A program made the translations under genes and the position numbers. A model generated the notes under the pieces. That model was not told where the DNA came from, made no database searches, and worked only from the letters and a program-made list of their open reading frames with translations. A stretch of 64,000 nt of DNA. It comes from Candidatus Magasanikbacteria bacterium RIFOXYC2_FULL_42_28. Its GTDB lineage: Bacteria > Patescibacteriota > Patescibacteriia > Magasanikbacterales > GWA2-37-8. Shown piece after piece: positions 37,771-47,445 of this stretch. How positions within the stretch are numbered: position 1 is the stretch's first letter; every line of letters begins with the position of its first letter. The DNA is taken from positions 220,742-284,741 of the forward strand of contig MFQZ01000001.1 of assembly GCA_001784435.1 (NCBI GenBank), given 5' to 3'.

Positions 37771-38746
37771 ATTTTTTTTGAATTTAGGGCAAATAAAAAA
37801 TTCTTGGAGCGATAAAATTCCGGCTTTGGATTTGGATTTGATTTTGGCTGATGCGATAAACCAACCGAGAGAATTTATAATCACCCATCCGGAATTTCGC
37901 CCAAACCCGTGGCAACTTCTAAAAATTTATATTAATTTGTCACGCCGAAACAACGACGTGCCTATCGCCTACATAACAGGCCACAAAGAATTTTTTGGCC
38001 TTGATTTTTTTGTTAATAAAAATGTCTTAGTGCCACGACCAGATACGGAAATACTCGTCGAAACGGCAATATCGCTAATATCCAATATCTTTAAATCGCA
38101 AAACTTATCTGTCATTCCGACGGCGAAGGAGGAATCTCTATCCGGTTCGCCACATCCAATAACACTCATCGACGTCGGCACCGGCTCCGGCTGTATTCCA
38201 ATCGCGATAAATAAAACACTGCAACAATTAAACACTGCAACAAACAAACAGACCGGCATCACAACCCACGCGATTGATATCTCGCATCGCGCACTTAGAG
38301 TCGTCAAAAAAAATGCCAAAAAACATAACGTAAAAATAAATTTTCACCAAGGCAATTTGATTGAGCCAATCGCAAAATCTTCAATCTTCAGTCTTCAATC
38401 TTCGCTCATCATCACCGCCAATCTCCCCTACCTCACTCAATCGCAATTTGATAATGAACAGTCAATAAAAAAAGAGCCGAAACTGGCTCTAGTCGCGGAT
38501 AATCAAAACGGACTATCCCTCTACGAAAAATTACTCACACAGTTAAAATCTTCAATCTTCAATCTTCAATCTTCCATTACGCTACTCCTCGAAATCGACC
38601 CCAGCCAAACCACTGACATTCGTACACTCGTAAAAAACATCTTCCCATCTGCCCAAATAGAAATCAAAAAAGATTTGGCCGGACTTGATCGCGTGGTAAT
38701 AATTCAATTGATCACTTCAACCACCACCTCCCACGGCACAATTTGA
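37757..38746 (+). CDS. prmC: Release factor glutamine methyltransferase with three or more in-frame repeat insertions
   Basis: [16 protein letters not shown] and NLPY motifs; follows prfA. Confidence 0.93.
   Translation: MRKSKFFLNLGQIKNSWSDKIPALDLDLILADAINQPREFIITHPEFRPNPWQLLKIYINLSRRNNDVPIAYITGHKEFFGLDFFVNKNVLVPRPDTEILVETAISLISNIFKSQNLSVIPTAKEESLSGSPHPITLIDVGTGSGCIPIAINKTLQQLNTATNKQTGITTHAIDISHRALRVVKKNAKKHNVKINFHQGNLIEPIAKSSIFSLQSSLIITANLPYLTQSQFDNEQSIKKEPKLALVADNQNGLSLYEKLLTQLKSSIFNLQSSITLLLEIDPSQTTDIRTLVKNIFPSAQIEIKKDLAGLDRVVIIQLITSTTTSHGTI
38108..38143 (+). repeat. Family A element, in frame in prmC ([12 protein letters not shown])
   Basis: 36 nt identical to the reverse complement of 59625-59660 in queA. 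Confidence 0.95.
38376..38403 (+). repeat. (AATCTTC)4 with one variant unit, in frame in prmC (SSIFSLQSS)
   Basis: AATCTTC AATCTTC AGTCTTC AATCTTC. Confidence 0.92.
38547..38574 (+). repeat. Perfect (AATCTTC)4, in frame in prmC (SSIFNLQSS)
   Basis: Four exact heptamers. Confidence 0.95.
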
Positions 38747-39762
38747 ATCCAAGTAACCCCCGGTTTAAATTTAATTTCTTCTCCGTTTAAATCCGAAAAA
38801 ATCGTCCGACTTTCGGTTGCGTCTTTTTGCCATTGCGCGTAAATTATCCGACCATCGCGCAACACCCGCGCCGAACCACTGCCAATCGTCACAATTTCTT
38901 TGCGATCAACTTCATCTAGTGAGCGGATTTTTACATATTGAATTACCACATTATTCGCATTGATAATTTCGCTTGACGCGTCCGAATACAAAACATTATT
39001 CAATAATCGCTCATACACACTCTGACTGCTATCAAATTTCCAACCGATGTGATAACCGGAATTATATTTTATCAAAACCGAAGACGCGGGCGATGAGCTG
39101 GCCGGGGCGTTATTATCAAATTTACGACCAGACCAAACAATAGTTGTTGTCGAAAATTTCAGCGCTAATTTATTCCATAACTCACTACTGGTAAATAAAT
39201 TATGCGGAGCATAACTATCGGACGTGCGCCAATAATATTGTCCAAAATAAAATTCATTCGCGTCAAAATAATCACTCTTTTTGATTAGCGACAGCGCCTC
39301 GGGCGAACCGCCAGAGTGCATGTAGAGCGGTTTACCATACTCCGCCTGCCAATCCAAAAAATACGGCCGAGCGCTACGTACCGGCCCAACTCGAGCGATA
39401 TTGGTACCCCTATCAAACATTGCCATAAACCGCGTCAGCCCACCTTCAACCGGCACTTCATAAACCACTTTCGCCTGCGCCAACCCATACTGCGGACGCG
39501 CCACTGGAAAATTATCAATCATCACCGCCACCACGCCCGGAGTTTGCGCTTCCGTACTCGTTACCGGCAGGCCATCTAACACACTAAAAAATTTTGGCCC
39601 GTGATTAACAGTCAAAAAATTAACATCTGTTTTGACATTGCCAAACGTCAATAAAAGCCAAACTACCAAAATCAATAAAACAAACAACCCGGCGCCGGCA
39701 ATGATTAAATTTTTACGAGACCGATTCGGCCAACAAATATTACCCAAAGAAATATATTTCAT
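38704..39762 (-). CDS. DUF3048 (YerB-like) membrane-anchored protein
   Basis: AVMIDN, ARPQYGL, VEGGLTR, GPVRSAR and APHNL motifs; ATG 39762 preferred. Confidence 0.88.
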   Translation of the reverse strand: MKYISLGNICWPNRSRKNLIIAGAGLFVLLILVVWLLLTFGNVKTDVNFLTVNHGPKFFSVLDGLPVTSTEAQTPGVVAVMIDNFPVARPQYGLAQAKVVYEVPVEGGLTRFMAMFDRGTNIARVGPVRSARPYFLDWQAEYGKPLYMHSGGSPEALSLIKKSDYFDANEFYFGQYYWRTSDSYAPHNLFTSSELWNKLALKFSTTTIVWSGRKFDNNAPASSSPASSVLIKYNSGYHIGWKFDSSQSVYERLLNNVLYSDASSEIINANNVVIQYVKIRSLDEVDRKEIVTIGSGSARVLRDGRIIYAQWQKDATESRTIFSDLNGEEIKFKPGVTWIQIVPWEVVVEVIN

Positions 39763-39779
39763 ATTGGATATTTTAACAC

Positions 39780-39812
39780 AAAACCCCTCCGGCACGCAAC
39801 CGAAGGGGTTTT
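39780..39812. terminator. Terminator after rplY
   Basis: AAAACCCCTCCGG / CCGAAGGGGTTTT. Confidence 0.75.
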
Positions 39813-39824
39813 AAAACATCTAAA

Positions 39825-40553
39825 TTACTTTTTCTCTTCTTTTTTATCGCCCTTATCACCATCTTTCTTGTCTTCCTTCTTCTCACCATCCTTGGCTTCC
39901 GCGCCCTCTTCACCTTCGACTGGCTCTTCTTTCTTGCCGGCCACCTCAATCTTGCTAATATCGGCGGTCTTAGACGCTTCTTCCATGGCTTTAATCTGGT
40001 CTTCAGTCAAAGCCGGCTTGGCCGTAGCAATGACGCTCTCGCCTTGCGGTCTTGTTACTACCACACCGGCCGGCGCCTTCAGATCCTTCACACGAATAGA
40101 ATCCTCAAAAGTTTTCAACACGCTCAAATCCACCTCAACATATTCCACCAAGTCATTCGGCAGACATTTAACCTCCACACGGTCAAGATTTTTTACCAAA
40201 GTGCCACCCGATGATTTAACTATCGGCGATTCACCGACAAATTTCAATTCCACAAATACCGTAAGCTCTTTTTTCATATCAATCCGACGCAAATCAACAT
40301 GCGTAATTTTACCAGAAACCGGCTCAAATTGCAACTCTTGCACCAACACCTTACCGGCGTCCTTACCGTCAACTGTCAAATCCAACAAACTGGATTCGGA
40401 AGCATCCTTATAAATTTTGAAAAATTCATTGTATGGCAAAACCAAACTTTGATTTTCCTTCGTCACCCCGTACACTTCAGCCGGGATTCCATGTTCGGCG
40501 CGAACTGTTTCAGGTTTTTTCACCCGTAACATCGCAGACAACTGATAAGTCAT
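39825..40553 (-). CDS. rplY: 50S ribosomal protein L25/Ctc
   Basis: IPAEVYG, ITHVD and VEVKCLP motifs; charged tail. Confidence 0.93.
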   Translation of the reverse strand: MTYQLSAMLRVKKPETVRAEHGIPAEVYGVTKENQSLVLPYNEFFKIYKDASESSLLDLTVDGKDAGKVLVQELQFEPVSGKITHVDLRRIDMKKELTVFVELKFVGESPIVKSSGGTLVKNLDRVEVKCLPNDLVEYVEVDLSVLKTFEDSIRVKDLKAPAGVVVTRPQGESVIATAKPALTEDQIKAMEEASKTADISKIEVAGKKEEPVEGEEGAEAKDGEKKEDKKDGDKGDKKEEKK

Positions 40554-40566
40554 AAAATATTTTTAA

Positions 40567-40890
40567 TTAATACCATTTTTGTTTTAAAAATTCGTAGCCC
40601 TCGATTACTTCATCCATCGTAATCTCTTCTTTATTATGCAGGCGCATCGCGTCGCCATAATTCAAATCCGTAACCATTCCTACCGAACTTAGTCCGGCCG
40701 GCGACACCATCACCATCGCGATAAACCCACCGCTACATTTCTCGCAAGTCAAATGCACCAAATTCGCCGCGCCGGCAGAATTTAATTTCTGTGCGCTGTT
40801 GGGGGAATAAATCCCGTTACAAAGCGGGCAATGCCCCATGAATTTTAACGCTTCCTTCCAGGAATCCGGTTGGATTTTGCCGATTGGCAT
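40567..40890 (-). CDS. Hypothetical protein with two CxxC pairs
   Basis: CPLC...CEKC and GMVTDL. Confidence 0.75.
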   Translation of the reverse strand: MPIGKIQPDSWKEALKFMGHCPLCNGIYSPNSAQKLNSAGAANLVHLTCEKCSGGFIAMVMVSPAGLSSVGMVTDLNYGDAMRLHNKEEITMDEVIEGYEFLKQKWY

Positions 40891-40937
40891 ATAGGCAACA
40901 GTTTAATATATTTTTAATAAAATGTCAATACCTTTGC

Positions 40938-41198
40938 TCATTCTTTCTTCTTTTCCAATTTAAGCAAATAAACAGAAATGAAAACAGCCACCAATGTGAT
41001 AATCAACGCATAAATCAGTTTTGCCCAAATACCATTGGCTTCCAAAGGGAATAATTGTTCAATAATTGCTTTAATAGCCTCATTCCACGCTAAACCAGAA
41101 ACCAGCCCCAACGCGGCCAATATATAACCTAAAGTTTTCTTTTTTACTTCATCGCCCAATTCTTTGCCTTGAGACACAAATTTTTCTTTAAGATCCAT
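40938..41198 (-). CDS. Small two-TM membrane protein (DUF5654/MscL-like)
   Basis: ALGLVSGLAWNEAIK. Confidence 0.75.
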   Translation of the reverse strand: MDLKEKFVSQGKELGDEVKKKTLGYILAALGLVSGLAWNEAIKAIIEQLFPLEANGIWAKLIYALIITLVAVFISVYLLKLEKKKE

Positions 41199-41256
41199 AT
41201 TAATTTACCTTTGAAGTGTAATTATATTCTACCACTGATACCATTTTTTGTCCAAA

Positions 41257-42576
41257 TTATTTATTATCTTTAATCTTTCGCTTTTCACGTTGAAATTTAA
41301 TGGCAAACCGATGGGCTTCATCGCGCACTTTAATTAAAACCTCTAAATTTTTTTGCGCCCATTTAGGTACGGGCATGTCTTGTATTTTAGCATTAGTGCC
41401 GACCACCACCAAATCATTGCGCTTCCGTTTTGCGCCTTTGGCAATACCCACAACCGGAATATCTATTTTCAAATTATTTAACACTGATTTTACCGCGTTC
41501 ACCTGGGGCACGCCGCCATCAATTAAAAATACAGCTGGCATCGGCCACTCGCTATGTTTCAATCGGCGCGACAAAACTTCCTTTAAACAATCAACATCGC
41601 TTTGGCCAACCACGGTTTTAATATTAAATTTGCGATAATCGGTTTTAGACGGCACACCACCTTTAAATACTACCATACTCCCAACCTTGCCAGTAGCGCC
41701 CAAATTGGAAATATCATAACCTTCAATCCGCATCTCACCGCTCTGCCCGGACGGATCAATGGTAAAACTTTTATTCAAAAGCGCGATATCCTGAATTCTA
41801 TTTAACGCTTTAATTTGATTTCGCAATCTCCCCGCTTCTTCAAAATTTTCCACGCGCGATGCTTGAACCATTTTTGTATTCAAGCTCCGCAGAAGCGATT
41901 TTTTTTGGCCACTTAAAAATAATTTCAAAGGATTGATAACTTTCTGACGATATTCAGCTGGCGTGATTCCCCCATCGCAAACGCCCAAACACAAACCAAT
42001 CTGCCGATAAAAACACGGACGCGTTTGCCCGGGCGAACAAGTAGAATACAAAAATAAACTCCGCAAAATTTTCAAAGTCGCCGCCGTATTTAATCCTGGG
42101 TACGGGCCAAACACGTTTTTCCTTCCCCTGCCCGAGGGGAGGGCGAGGGTGAGGTGGGAGCGGGCGCCGTTTTTTGTCATTCCGAGCGAAGCTCGCGCCG
42201 ACGAGGAATCTCCATCCAACTCATGCTGTCGCACCACCAAAACCTTCGGAAATTTATCCTTTGTAACCACCAAATAATTCCAACTTTTATCATCTCTCCA
42301 ATCAACATTATACTTCGGCTGTTTTTCCTTAATATATTTCCCCTCCAAAATAATCGCCTCCAAAACCGAATCTGTCACTTCTACTTTTATATCCACGACT
42401 TCATGCATCATTTGTTCGATTGGGCGACTACTGCGCGCGCCCCGAAAATACGACCGCACCCGTGAACGCAAACTCGTTGCCTTGCCAACATAAATTAATT
42501 CTTTTTTTGAATTATAAAATAGATATACGCCGGGTGCATCGGGTAATTTTTTTAATTTTTTCTGGATATCTAACAT
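41257..42576 (-). CDS. uvrC: Excinuclease ABC subunit C, short form with an in-frame composite repeat
   Basis: PGVY...IYVGKA (GIY-YIG), UVR domain, IEGYDISN, IDGG and RDEAHRFA. Confidence 0.92.
   Translation of the reverse strand: MLDIQKKLKKLPDAPGVYLFYNSKKELIYVGKATSLRSRVRSYFRGARSSRPIEQMMHEVVDIKVEVTDSVLEAIILEGKYIKEKQPKYNVDWRDDKSWNYLVVTKDKFPKVLVVRQHELDGDSSSARASLGMTKNGARSHLTLALPSGRGRKNVFGPYPGLNTAATLKILRSLFLYSTCSPGQTRPCFYRQIGLCLGVCDGGITPAEYRQKVINPLKLFLSGQKKSLLRSLNTKMVQASRVENFEEAGRLRNQIKALNRIQDIALLNKSFTIDPSGQSGEMRIEGYDISNLGATGKVGSMVVFKGGVPSKTDYRKFNIKTVVGQSDVDCLKEVLSRRLKHSEWPMPAVFLIDGGVPQVNAVKSVLNNLKIDIPVVGIAKGAKRKRNDLVVVGTNAKIQDMPVPKWAQKNLEVLIKVRDEAHRFAIKFQREKRKIKDNK
42121..42154 (+). repeat. Family C hairpin, in frame in uvrC (HLTLALPSGRGR)
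   Basis: CCTTCCCCT-GCCCG-AGGGGAGGG-CGAGGGTGAGG. Confidence 0.85.
42175..42213 (+). repeat. Family A element, in frame in uvrC (GDSSSARASLGMT)
   Basis: TGTCATTCCGAGCGAAGCTCGCGCCGACGAGGAATCTCC. Confidence 0.92.
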
Positions 42577-42586
42577 ACTAATTTAA

Positions 42587-42643
42587 TTGACATAACATAC
42601 CATTTAATTATATAATCCCAGCGAACCCCAACTCTTCGGAGGA
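42587..42643 (+). promoter_or_regulatory. Promoter and Shine-Dalgarno of GC-rich orphan gene 2
   Basis: TTGACA-18-TATAAT (42587-42616); GGAGGA 42638-42643. Confidence 0.75.
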
Positions 42644-42647
42644 AGAC

Positions 42648-42797
42648 ATGTTGCACGCATTGTTCGCATGTGGAGCGGCGGTTCTCCTTGGCCTCACCAT
42701 TGGCTTCGTCTCGGCGACGTACTTCAACCGACGCGCCCGCGCCAAGATGAACAAGCTGTTCGAACAGAAGCCCAACGCTAGCGATCAGCTCATCTGA
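42648..42797 (+). CDS. 49-aa single-TM orphan peptide with foreign codon usage (not in the ORF track)
   Basis: MLHALFACGAAVLLGLTIGFVSATYFNRRARAKMNKLFEQKPNASDQLI*; 38 of 49 codons end in G/C. Confidence 0.75.
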   Translation: MLHALFACGAAVLLGLTIGFVSATYFNRRARAKMNKLFEQKPNASDQLI

Positions 42798-42834
42798 CCA
42801 CGAACTCCACCCGGGGCCACCAGAAAGGAGGTTC

Positions 42835-42932
42835 CAAGAACCACCCGCGCCCCACTTTGGCTGTAAAGTATATCATGATTTAAGTCATGATATAAATATA
42901 TATTTTACAATCAAAGTGGCGGGTGGTTTTTG
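42835..42932. other. About 98-nt long imperfect hairpin
   Basis: CAAGAACCACCCG/CGGGTGGTTTTTG; CCACTTTGGCTGTAAAGTATA/TATATTTTACAATCAAAGTGG; inner TCATGA/TCATGA. Confidence 0.85.
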
Positions 42933-42937
42933 TTTTG

Positions 42938-45589
42938 CTATATAACTCTTTTTAAATAAGCCCCCGTAAAACTCGCCGCCTTTTTCGCCACCTCCTCCGG
43001 CGTCCCCACCGCCACCACCTGCCCGCCCTTATCGCCCCCTTCCGGCCCCAAATCAATCACCCAATCCGCCGCTTTTATTATATCCAAATTATGCTCAATT
43101 ACCAAAATCGTATTTCCTTGCGATACCAAACGCTGTAAAACTTCTAATAACTTCCGCACATCATCGTAATGCAAACCGGTCGTCGGCTCATCTAACAAAT
43201 ACAAAGTTTTCGTCGTGCCATAACGCGCCAACTCCCGTGACAATTTAATTCGTTGCGCTTCCCCACCCGACAAAGTCGTGGCCGATTGCCCCAAAGTTAA
43301 ATAATCCAAACCCACTTCGTTTAAAATTTTCAACTTGTCATAAATCATCGGAATATCGCGGAAAAATTCCTCGGCGTCTTCAATCGTCATTGCCAAGACC
43401 TCGGCAATATTTTTTCCGTTATAACTCACAGCCAATGTCTCATTCGTAAACCGCAAACCCTTACACACATCACAAGTCACTTCCACACTCGGCAAAAAAT
43501 GCATTTCAATTTCCAGCACGCCTTTGCCCTCGCAATTTTCGCACCGGCCGGCATTTTTGACATTAAAACTAAACCGCGAAGCCGTGTACCCCCGCATGCG
43601 CGCCTCGGCCGTTTCGGCAAACAACGCCCGAATATGGTCAAAACATTTGGTATAAGTCGCCGGGTTACTGCGCGAAGTCCGACCAATGGACGACTGGTCA
43701 ATCGTTATCACACCATCCAAATATTCCAAGCCGGAAACTTCCAAACAATTTTCCAATTTCTTTTTCTGGCGAAATATTTTGTTCATGACAGCCGGCCGCA
43801 AAACTTCATTCATCAAAGTTGACTTACCCGAACCCGACACGCCGGTCAAACAGACAAACCGGCGCAACGGAATTTCCACATTAATATTTTTTAAATTATG
43901 CAAATTCGCTTTTTTAATTTTTAATTTCGGCGTCGCGCGATCAACCTCACGCCGTTTCAATGGCATGGGAATAGTTACTTCGCCACGCAGATACTTGCCG
44001 GTTAAAGAACTGCTTTTGTGTTTCGCTGACAGCAAATCTTTCACCGTGCCAGAATACACAATCTCGCCCCCATGCTTCCCCGCCCCGGGACCAATATCCA
44101 CAATCCAATCACTCACCTTAATTGTATCCTCGTCGTGTTCTACTACTATTATCGTATTTCCCGCATCGCACAACGCCCGCAAAGTTTTCACCAACCGGTC
44201 ATTATCACGTTGATGCAAACCAATTGTCGGCTCATCCAATACATACAACGCCCCCACAAGGCGCGTCCCCACCTGCGACGCCAGTCGTATCCGTTGCGCT
44301 TCCCCGCCCGACAAAGTCCCGGCCTTACGATTCAAAGTTAAATAATGCAACCCCACGTCATACATAAACTGCAATCGATTTTGAATTTCTTTCAAAACCA
44401 TTCCGCAAATTTGCATCGTACGTTCAGGCAAATCTAATTCCAACGCCGCGAAAAACTCGCGCGCCTCACTAATAGACAAATTCGTAATTTCCCAAATATT
44501 TTTCCCGCCAATTTTTACGCTTAGCGCGTTAACATTCAAACGCTTACCCAAACACACCGGGCAATCTTCCACTGAAAATAATTCTTTCGTGCCAAGCCCA
44601 GTACACGCCTCGCAATATCCATACGGACTATTAAACGAAAAAAGTCGTGGCTCAATTTCCGGAAAACTAAAACCATCTTTCGGACAAGAATACAAAGTAG
44701 AGAATGTCTGTTCTTCGCCGTCCGCATAGATCACAGCGCACAACCCCTTAGACAAATTCACCGCCGCCTCCACCGCTTCGGCAAGTCGTTGGTTATCTGT
44801 CATCCCGAGCGAGCCCTTAAGGGGCGACGAGGGATCTCCATCCGCCGGTAATTGGGATAGAGATTTCTCCTTCGTCGTCGAAATGACAGCGAGTGGCACT
44901 CGATCAACCACCACCTCAATCGTATGCTTAAAATTCTTTTCCAAAATTATCCGCTCGCGCAAACTTTTTATTTTCCCATCCACCCGCACTTCCAAATACC
45001 CAGAATTATACAAATCATAAAGCATCTGATAATACTCCCCCTTCCTGCCTCGCACCACCGGCGACAAAACAACAATCTCTTTACTGTCATTTCGAGCGAG
45101 GCCTTTTGGCCGACGAGAAATCTTCGCGTCTTCGTCCGTCACTTTGGAAATTGGAAATTGGAAATTGGAAATTCTCGCACCCATCTCATCCACCGTCATC
45201 TTCTCAATCTTACTCCCACAATCCGGACAATGTGGCACCCCCACACGCGCAAAAAGAACCCGCAAATAATCATAAATTTCCGTAATCGTCGCCACGGTCG
45301 AACGCGGATTCGCACTATGCGCCTTTTGATCAATCGAAATCGCCGGCGACAACCCTTCAATTTCATCCACATCCGGCTTTTGCATCCCACCCAAAAACTG
45401 CCGAGCGTAAGCCGACAATGACTCAATATACCGCCTCTGCCCCTCGGCAAAAATCGTATCAAACGCCAAAGAAGACTTGCCCGATCCCGACAACCCCGTA
45501 AAAACAATCATCTGATTGCGAGGCAACTCCAAATTAACATTTTTCAAATTGTGTTCGCGTGCGCCTTTGATAATAATTTTGTTTTGCAT
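42938..45589 (-). CDS. uvrA: Excinuclease ABC subunit A with three in-frame repeat insertions
   Basis: GLSGSGKSS, two LSGGEAQR, GVSGSGKST and Zn fingers. Confidence 0.97.
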   Translation of the reverse strand: MQNKIIIKGAREHNLKNVNLELPRNQMIVFTGLSGSGKSSLAFDTIFAEGQRRYIESLSAYARQFLGGMQKPDVDEIEGLSPAISIDQKAHSANPRSTVATITEIYDYLRVLFARVGVPHCPDCGSKIEKMTVDEMGARISNFQFPISKVTDEDAKISRRPKGLARNDSKEIVVLSPVVRGRKGEYYQMLYDLYNSGYLEVRVDGKIKSLRERIILEKNFKHTIEVVVDRVPLAVISTTKEKSLSQLPADGDPSSPLKGSLGMTDNQRLAEAVEAAVNLSKGLCAVIYADGEEQTFSTLYSCPKDGFSFPEIEPRLFSFNSPYGYCEACTGLGTKELFSVEDCPVCLGKRLNVNALSVKIGGKNIWEITNLSISEAREFFAALELDLPERTMQICGMVLKEIQNRLQFMYDVGLHYLTLNRKAGTLSGGEAQRIRLASQVGTRLVGALYVLDEPTIGLHQRDNDRLVKTLRALCDAGNTIIVVEHDEDTIKVSDWIVDIGPGAGKHGGEIVYSGTVKDLLSAKHKSSSLTGKYLRGEVTIPMPLKRREVDRATPKLKIKKANLHNLKNINVEIPLRRFVCLTGVSGSGKSTLMNEVLRPAVMNKIFRQKKKLENCLEVSGLEYLDGVITIDQSSIGRTSRSNPATYTKCFDHIRALFAETAEARMRGYTASRFSFNVKNAGRCENCEGKGVLEIEMHFLPSVEVTCDVCKGLRFTNETLAVSYNGKNIAEVLAMTIEDAEEFFRDIPMIYDKLKILNEVGLDYLTLGQSATTLSGGEAQRIKLSRELARYGTTKTLYLLDEPTTGLHYDDVRKLLEVLQRLVSQGNTILVIEHNLDIIKAADWVIDLGPEGGDKGGQVVAVGTPEEVAKKAASFTGAYLKRVI
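44798..44888. repeat. Family A inverted doublet, in frame in uvrA
   Basis: Encodes VISTTKEKSLSQLPADGDPSSPLKGSLGMT; left arm differs from the argS copy at two compensating positions. Confidence 0.94.
45085..45123 (+). repeat. Family A element, in frame in uvrA (KISRRPKGLARND)
   Basis: TGTCATTTCGAGCGAGGCCTTTTGGCCGACGAGAAATCT. Confidence 0.9.
45144..45171. repeat. Perfect (TTGGAAA)4, in frame in uvrA (ISNFQFPISK)
   Basis: Four exact heptamers. Confidence 0.95.
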
Positions 45590-45601
45590 ACATTACAATA
45601 T

Positions 45602-45684
45602 TGTCATCCCGATGAAAATCGGGATCTCTGTCCAACGTTCACTCAATTTTCCCCTCCTTTTCAAGGAGGGGCGAGGGGGTGGTT
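45602..45684 (+). repeat. Family A 31-mer (45602-45632) plus a family C element (45640-45684) in the uvrA leader
   Basis: TGTCATCCCGATGAAAATCGGGATCTCTGTC; CCCCTCCTT-TTC-AAGGAGGGG-CGAGGGGGTGGTT. Confidence 0.92.
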
Positions 45685-45834
45685 ATCACCAAACGCCAAA
45701 ATGACCCAAAAGTGGGTCGCAATATATAAGTTGGAATAAAAGAACTACCTATACCATACCAATTTTGTCTTAAAAAGTCAATTGACCGTATGGTGAATTT
45801 AAGGTAAAATTAAGTAAACTTATTATATATTATT

Positions 45835-46362
45835 ATGTCTGAATCAATAAACAATAATATATCCTTTAAACCGCTTTCTGCTGTTGATCTTCCACTCACC
45901 CACAAGTGGCTTACTTCATCACATGTTAAAGAAGGATATGGTCACGGCAAACAAACAATCGCGGACATAGAAAAGAAATATATTCCGCGAATCAACGGCG
46001 AAACACCCACATCCTGTTTTATTATTTTTTATGATAATGCGCCCATCGGACAAATTCAAATGTATAAAATAAATGATTATCCCGATTACAAAAAAATAAT
46101 TCAAATCGATCAAAGCGCCGCCGGTATTGATTTGTTTATCGGAGAGAAAGATTTTCAACACAAAGGTCTCGGCAGTGTCATTATCCAAAAATTTTTAAAA
46201 GATTTTGTATTTAAAAAATTAAATGTTGAGAGTTGCATCATCGGACCAAACCCAAACAACATCGCCGCAATTAAAGCATACGAAAAAGCGGGGTTTAAAT
46301 ATTTAAAAACGATAATCAATCCGGATGGTGAAGATGAATATTTAATGGAAAAAGAAAAATAA
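45835..46362 (+). CDS. GNAT N-acetyltransferase (AAC(6')/RimL-like)
   Basis: GIDLFIGE, HKGLGS and NIAAIKAYEKAGF motifs. Confidence 0.88.
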   Translation: MSESINNNISFKPLSAVDLPLTHKWLTSSHVKEGYGHGKQTIADIEKKYIPRINGETPTSCFIIFYDNAPIGQIQMYKINDYPDYKKIIQIDQSAAGIDLFIGEKDFQHKGLGSVIIQKFLKDFVFKKLNVESCIIGPNPNNIAAIKAYEKAGFKYLKTIINPDGEDEYLMEKEK

Positions 46363-46387
46363 TTCTATAAAAATCTAACAACCAAAA

Positions 46388-47008
46388 ATGCAAAACTTCG
46401 CCCTAATCGGCACAATCCTATCCATCCACGTCATGGCCTGGCTCACACCCGGCCCTCTTTTTGTATTGATAATCCGAAATTCTCTCGTTTATTCGCGAAA
46501 GATCGGCTTTTGGACTGCGCTCGGATTTGCTCTAGGCAATTTTATCCATATTACACTCGCCGTTTTTGGGATCTCGCTTATTATCCAAAGTTCGCCACTC
46601 GCATTCAGCACTGTCAAATTTTTAGGCGCTGGCTATCTAATATATTTGGGTATCAAAACCTTACTGATGAAAATTAGAACGCAGAAAACCGATACGCCCA
46701 CTGAACACGATAACATCACGGTGCCCCAAGCAATAAAAATTGGCTTCTTAACCAACATCTTAAGCGCGGGCGCATATTTATTCTTCGCCAGCATTTTTGC
46801 CACCGTGTTATCAACGGCTACTTCATCATGGGTAGTGGCAATATTAGCAATTGCGATGCCACTAAATACTTTTGTTATGGCCTCAATTTTATCCCTATTT
46901 TTTACCCACCACAAAATTAAATCAATATATATCAAATTCCAATATATTTTAAATAAATGTTTGGGCGTGGCACTAATATTATTCGCCTTAACAATTGCTT
47001 TTAAATAA
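46388..47008 (+). CDS. LysE/RhtB family transporter
   Basis: TPGP, GAGYLIYLG and GFLTN motifs. Confidence 0.9.
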   Translation: MQNFALIGTILSIHVMAWLTPGPLFVLIIRNSLVYSRKIGFWTALGFALGNFIHITLAVFGISLIIQSSPLAFSTVKFLGAGYLIYLGIKTLLMKIRTQKTDTPTEHDNITVPQAIKIGFLTNILSAGAYLFFASIFATVLSTATSSWVVAILAIAMPLNTFVMASILSLFFTHHKIKSIYIKFQYILNKCLGVALILFALTIAFK

Positions 47009-47429
47009 TAAATTTATTACCGCTTCTAAACAAATTTACGTCCACCCCGAACATACCGAACATGCTTTTGATTTGCCTTTTTGGCGAGACAACGAAAAAC
47101 TATGGGCTCTCAAAGTTCCGGTGGAAGAAATAAATATCAGCGAATTACTGTGGATTTTTGATATTCCATTTTGGGAAGATGTCGATGGTAACATTGTAAT
47201 TACTCCTAACGAAGTTATTAATAACCCAGATCAATTTATAGAACACTACAACAAAATTCAGGCCACAGACACTTCTTATCCGATTGACATAATGAAAAAC
47301 AAAAAGGGAAAATGGCTAACTTTGGACGGGCTACACCGATTGGTAAAATTATTTTTAAATAAGAAAACGAAAATTCGCGTCCGAAAAATTCCACCTGAAT
47401 TAATCCACCTTACGGCACGAGACGAATAA
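46995..47429 (+). CDS. ParB/Srx-like domain protein (start uncertain)
   Basis: YPIDI...LDGLHRL; only a TTG start, overlapping the LysE gene. Confidence 0.6.
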   Translation: MLLNNKFITASKQIYVHPEHTEHAFDLPFWRDNEKLWALKVPVEEINISELLWIFDIPFWEDVDGNIVITPNEVINNPDQFIEHYNKIQATDTSYPIDIMKNKKGKWLTLDGLHRLVKLFLNKKTKIRVRKIPPELIHLTARDE

Positions 47430-47445
47430 ATTAAAGAAATCAAAT

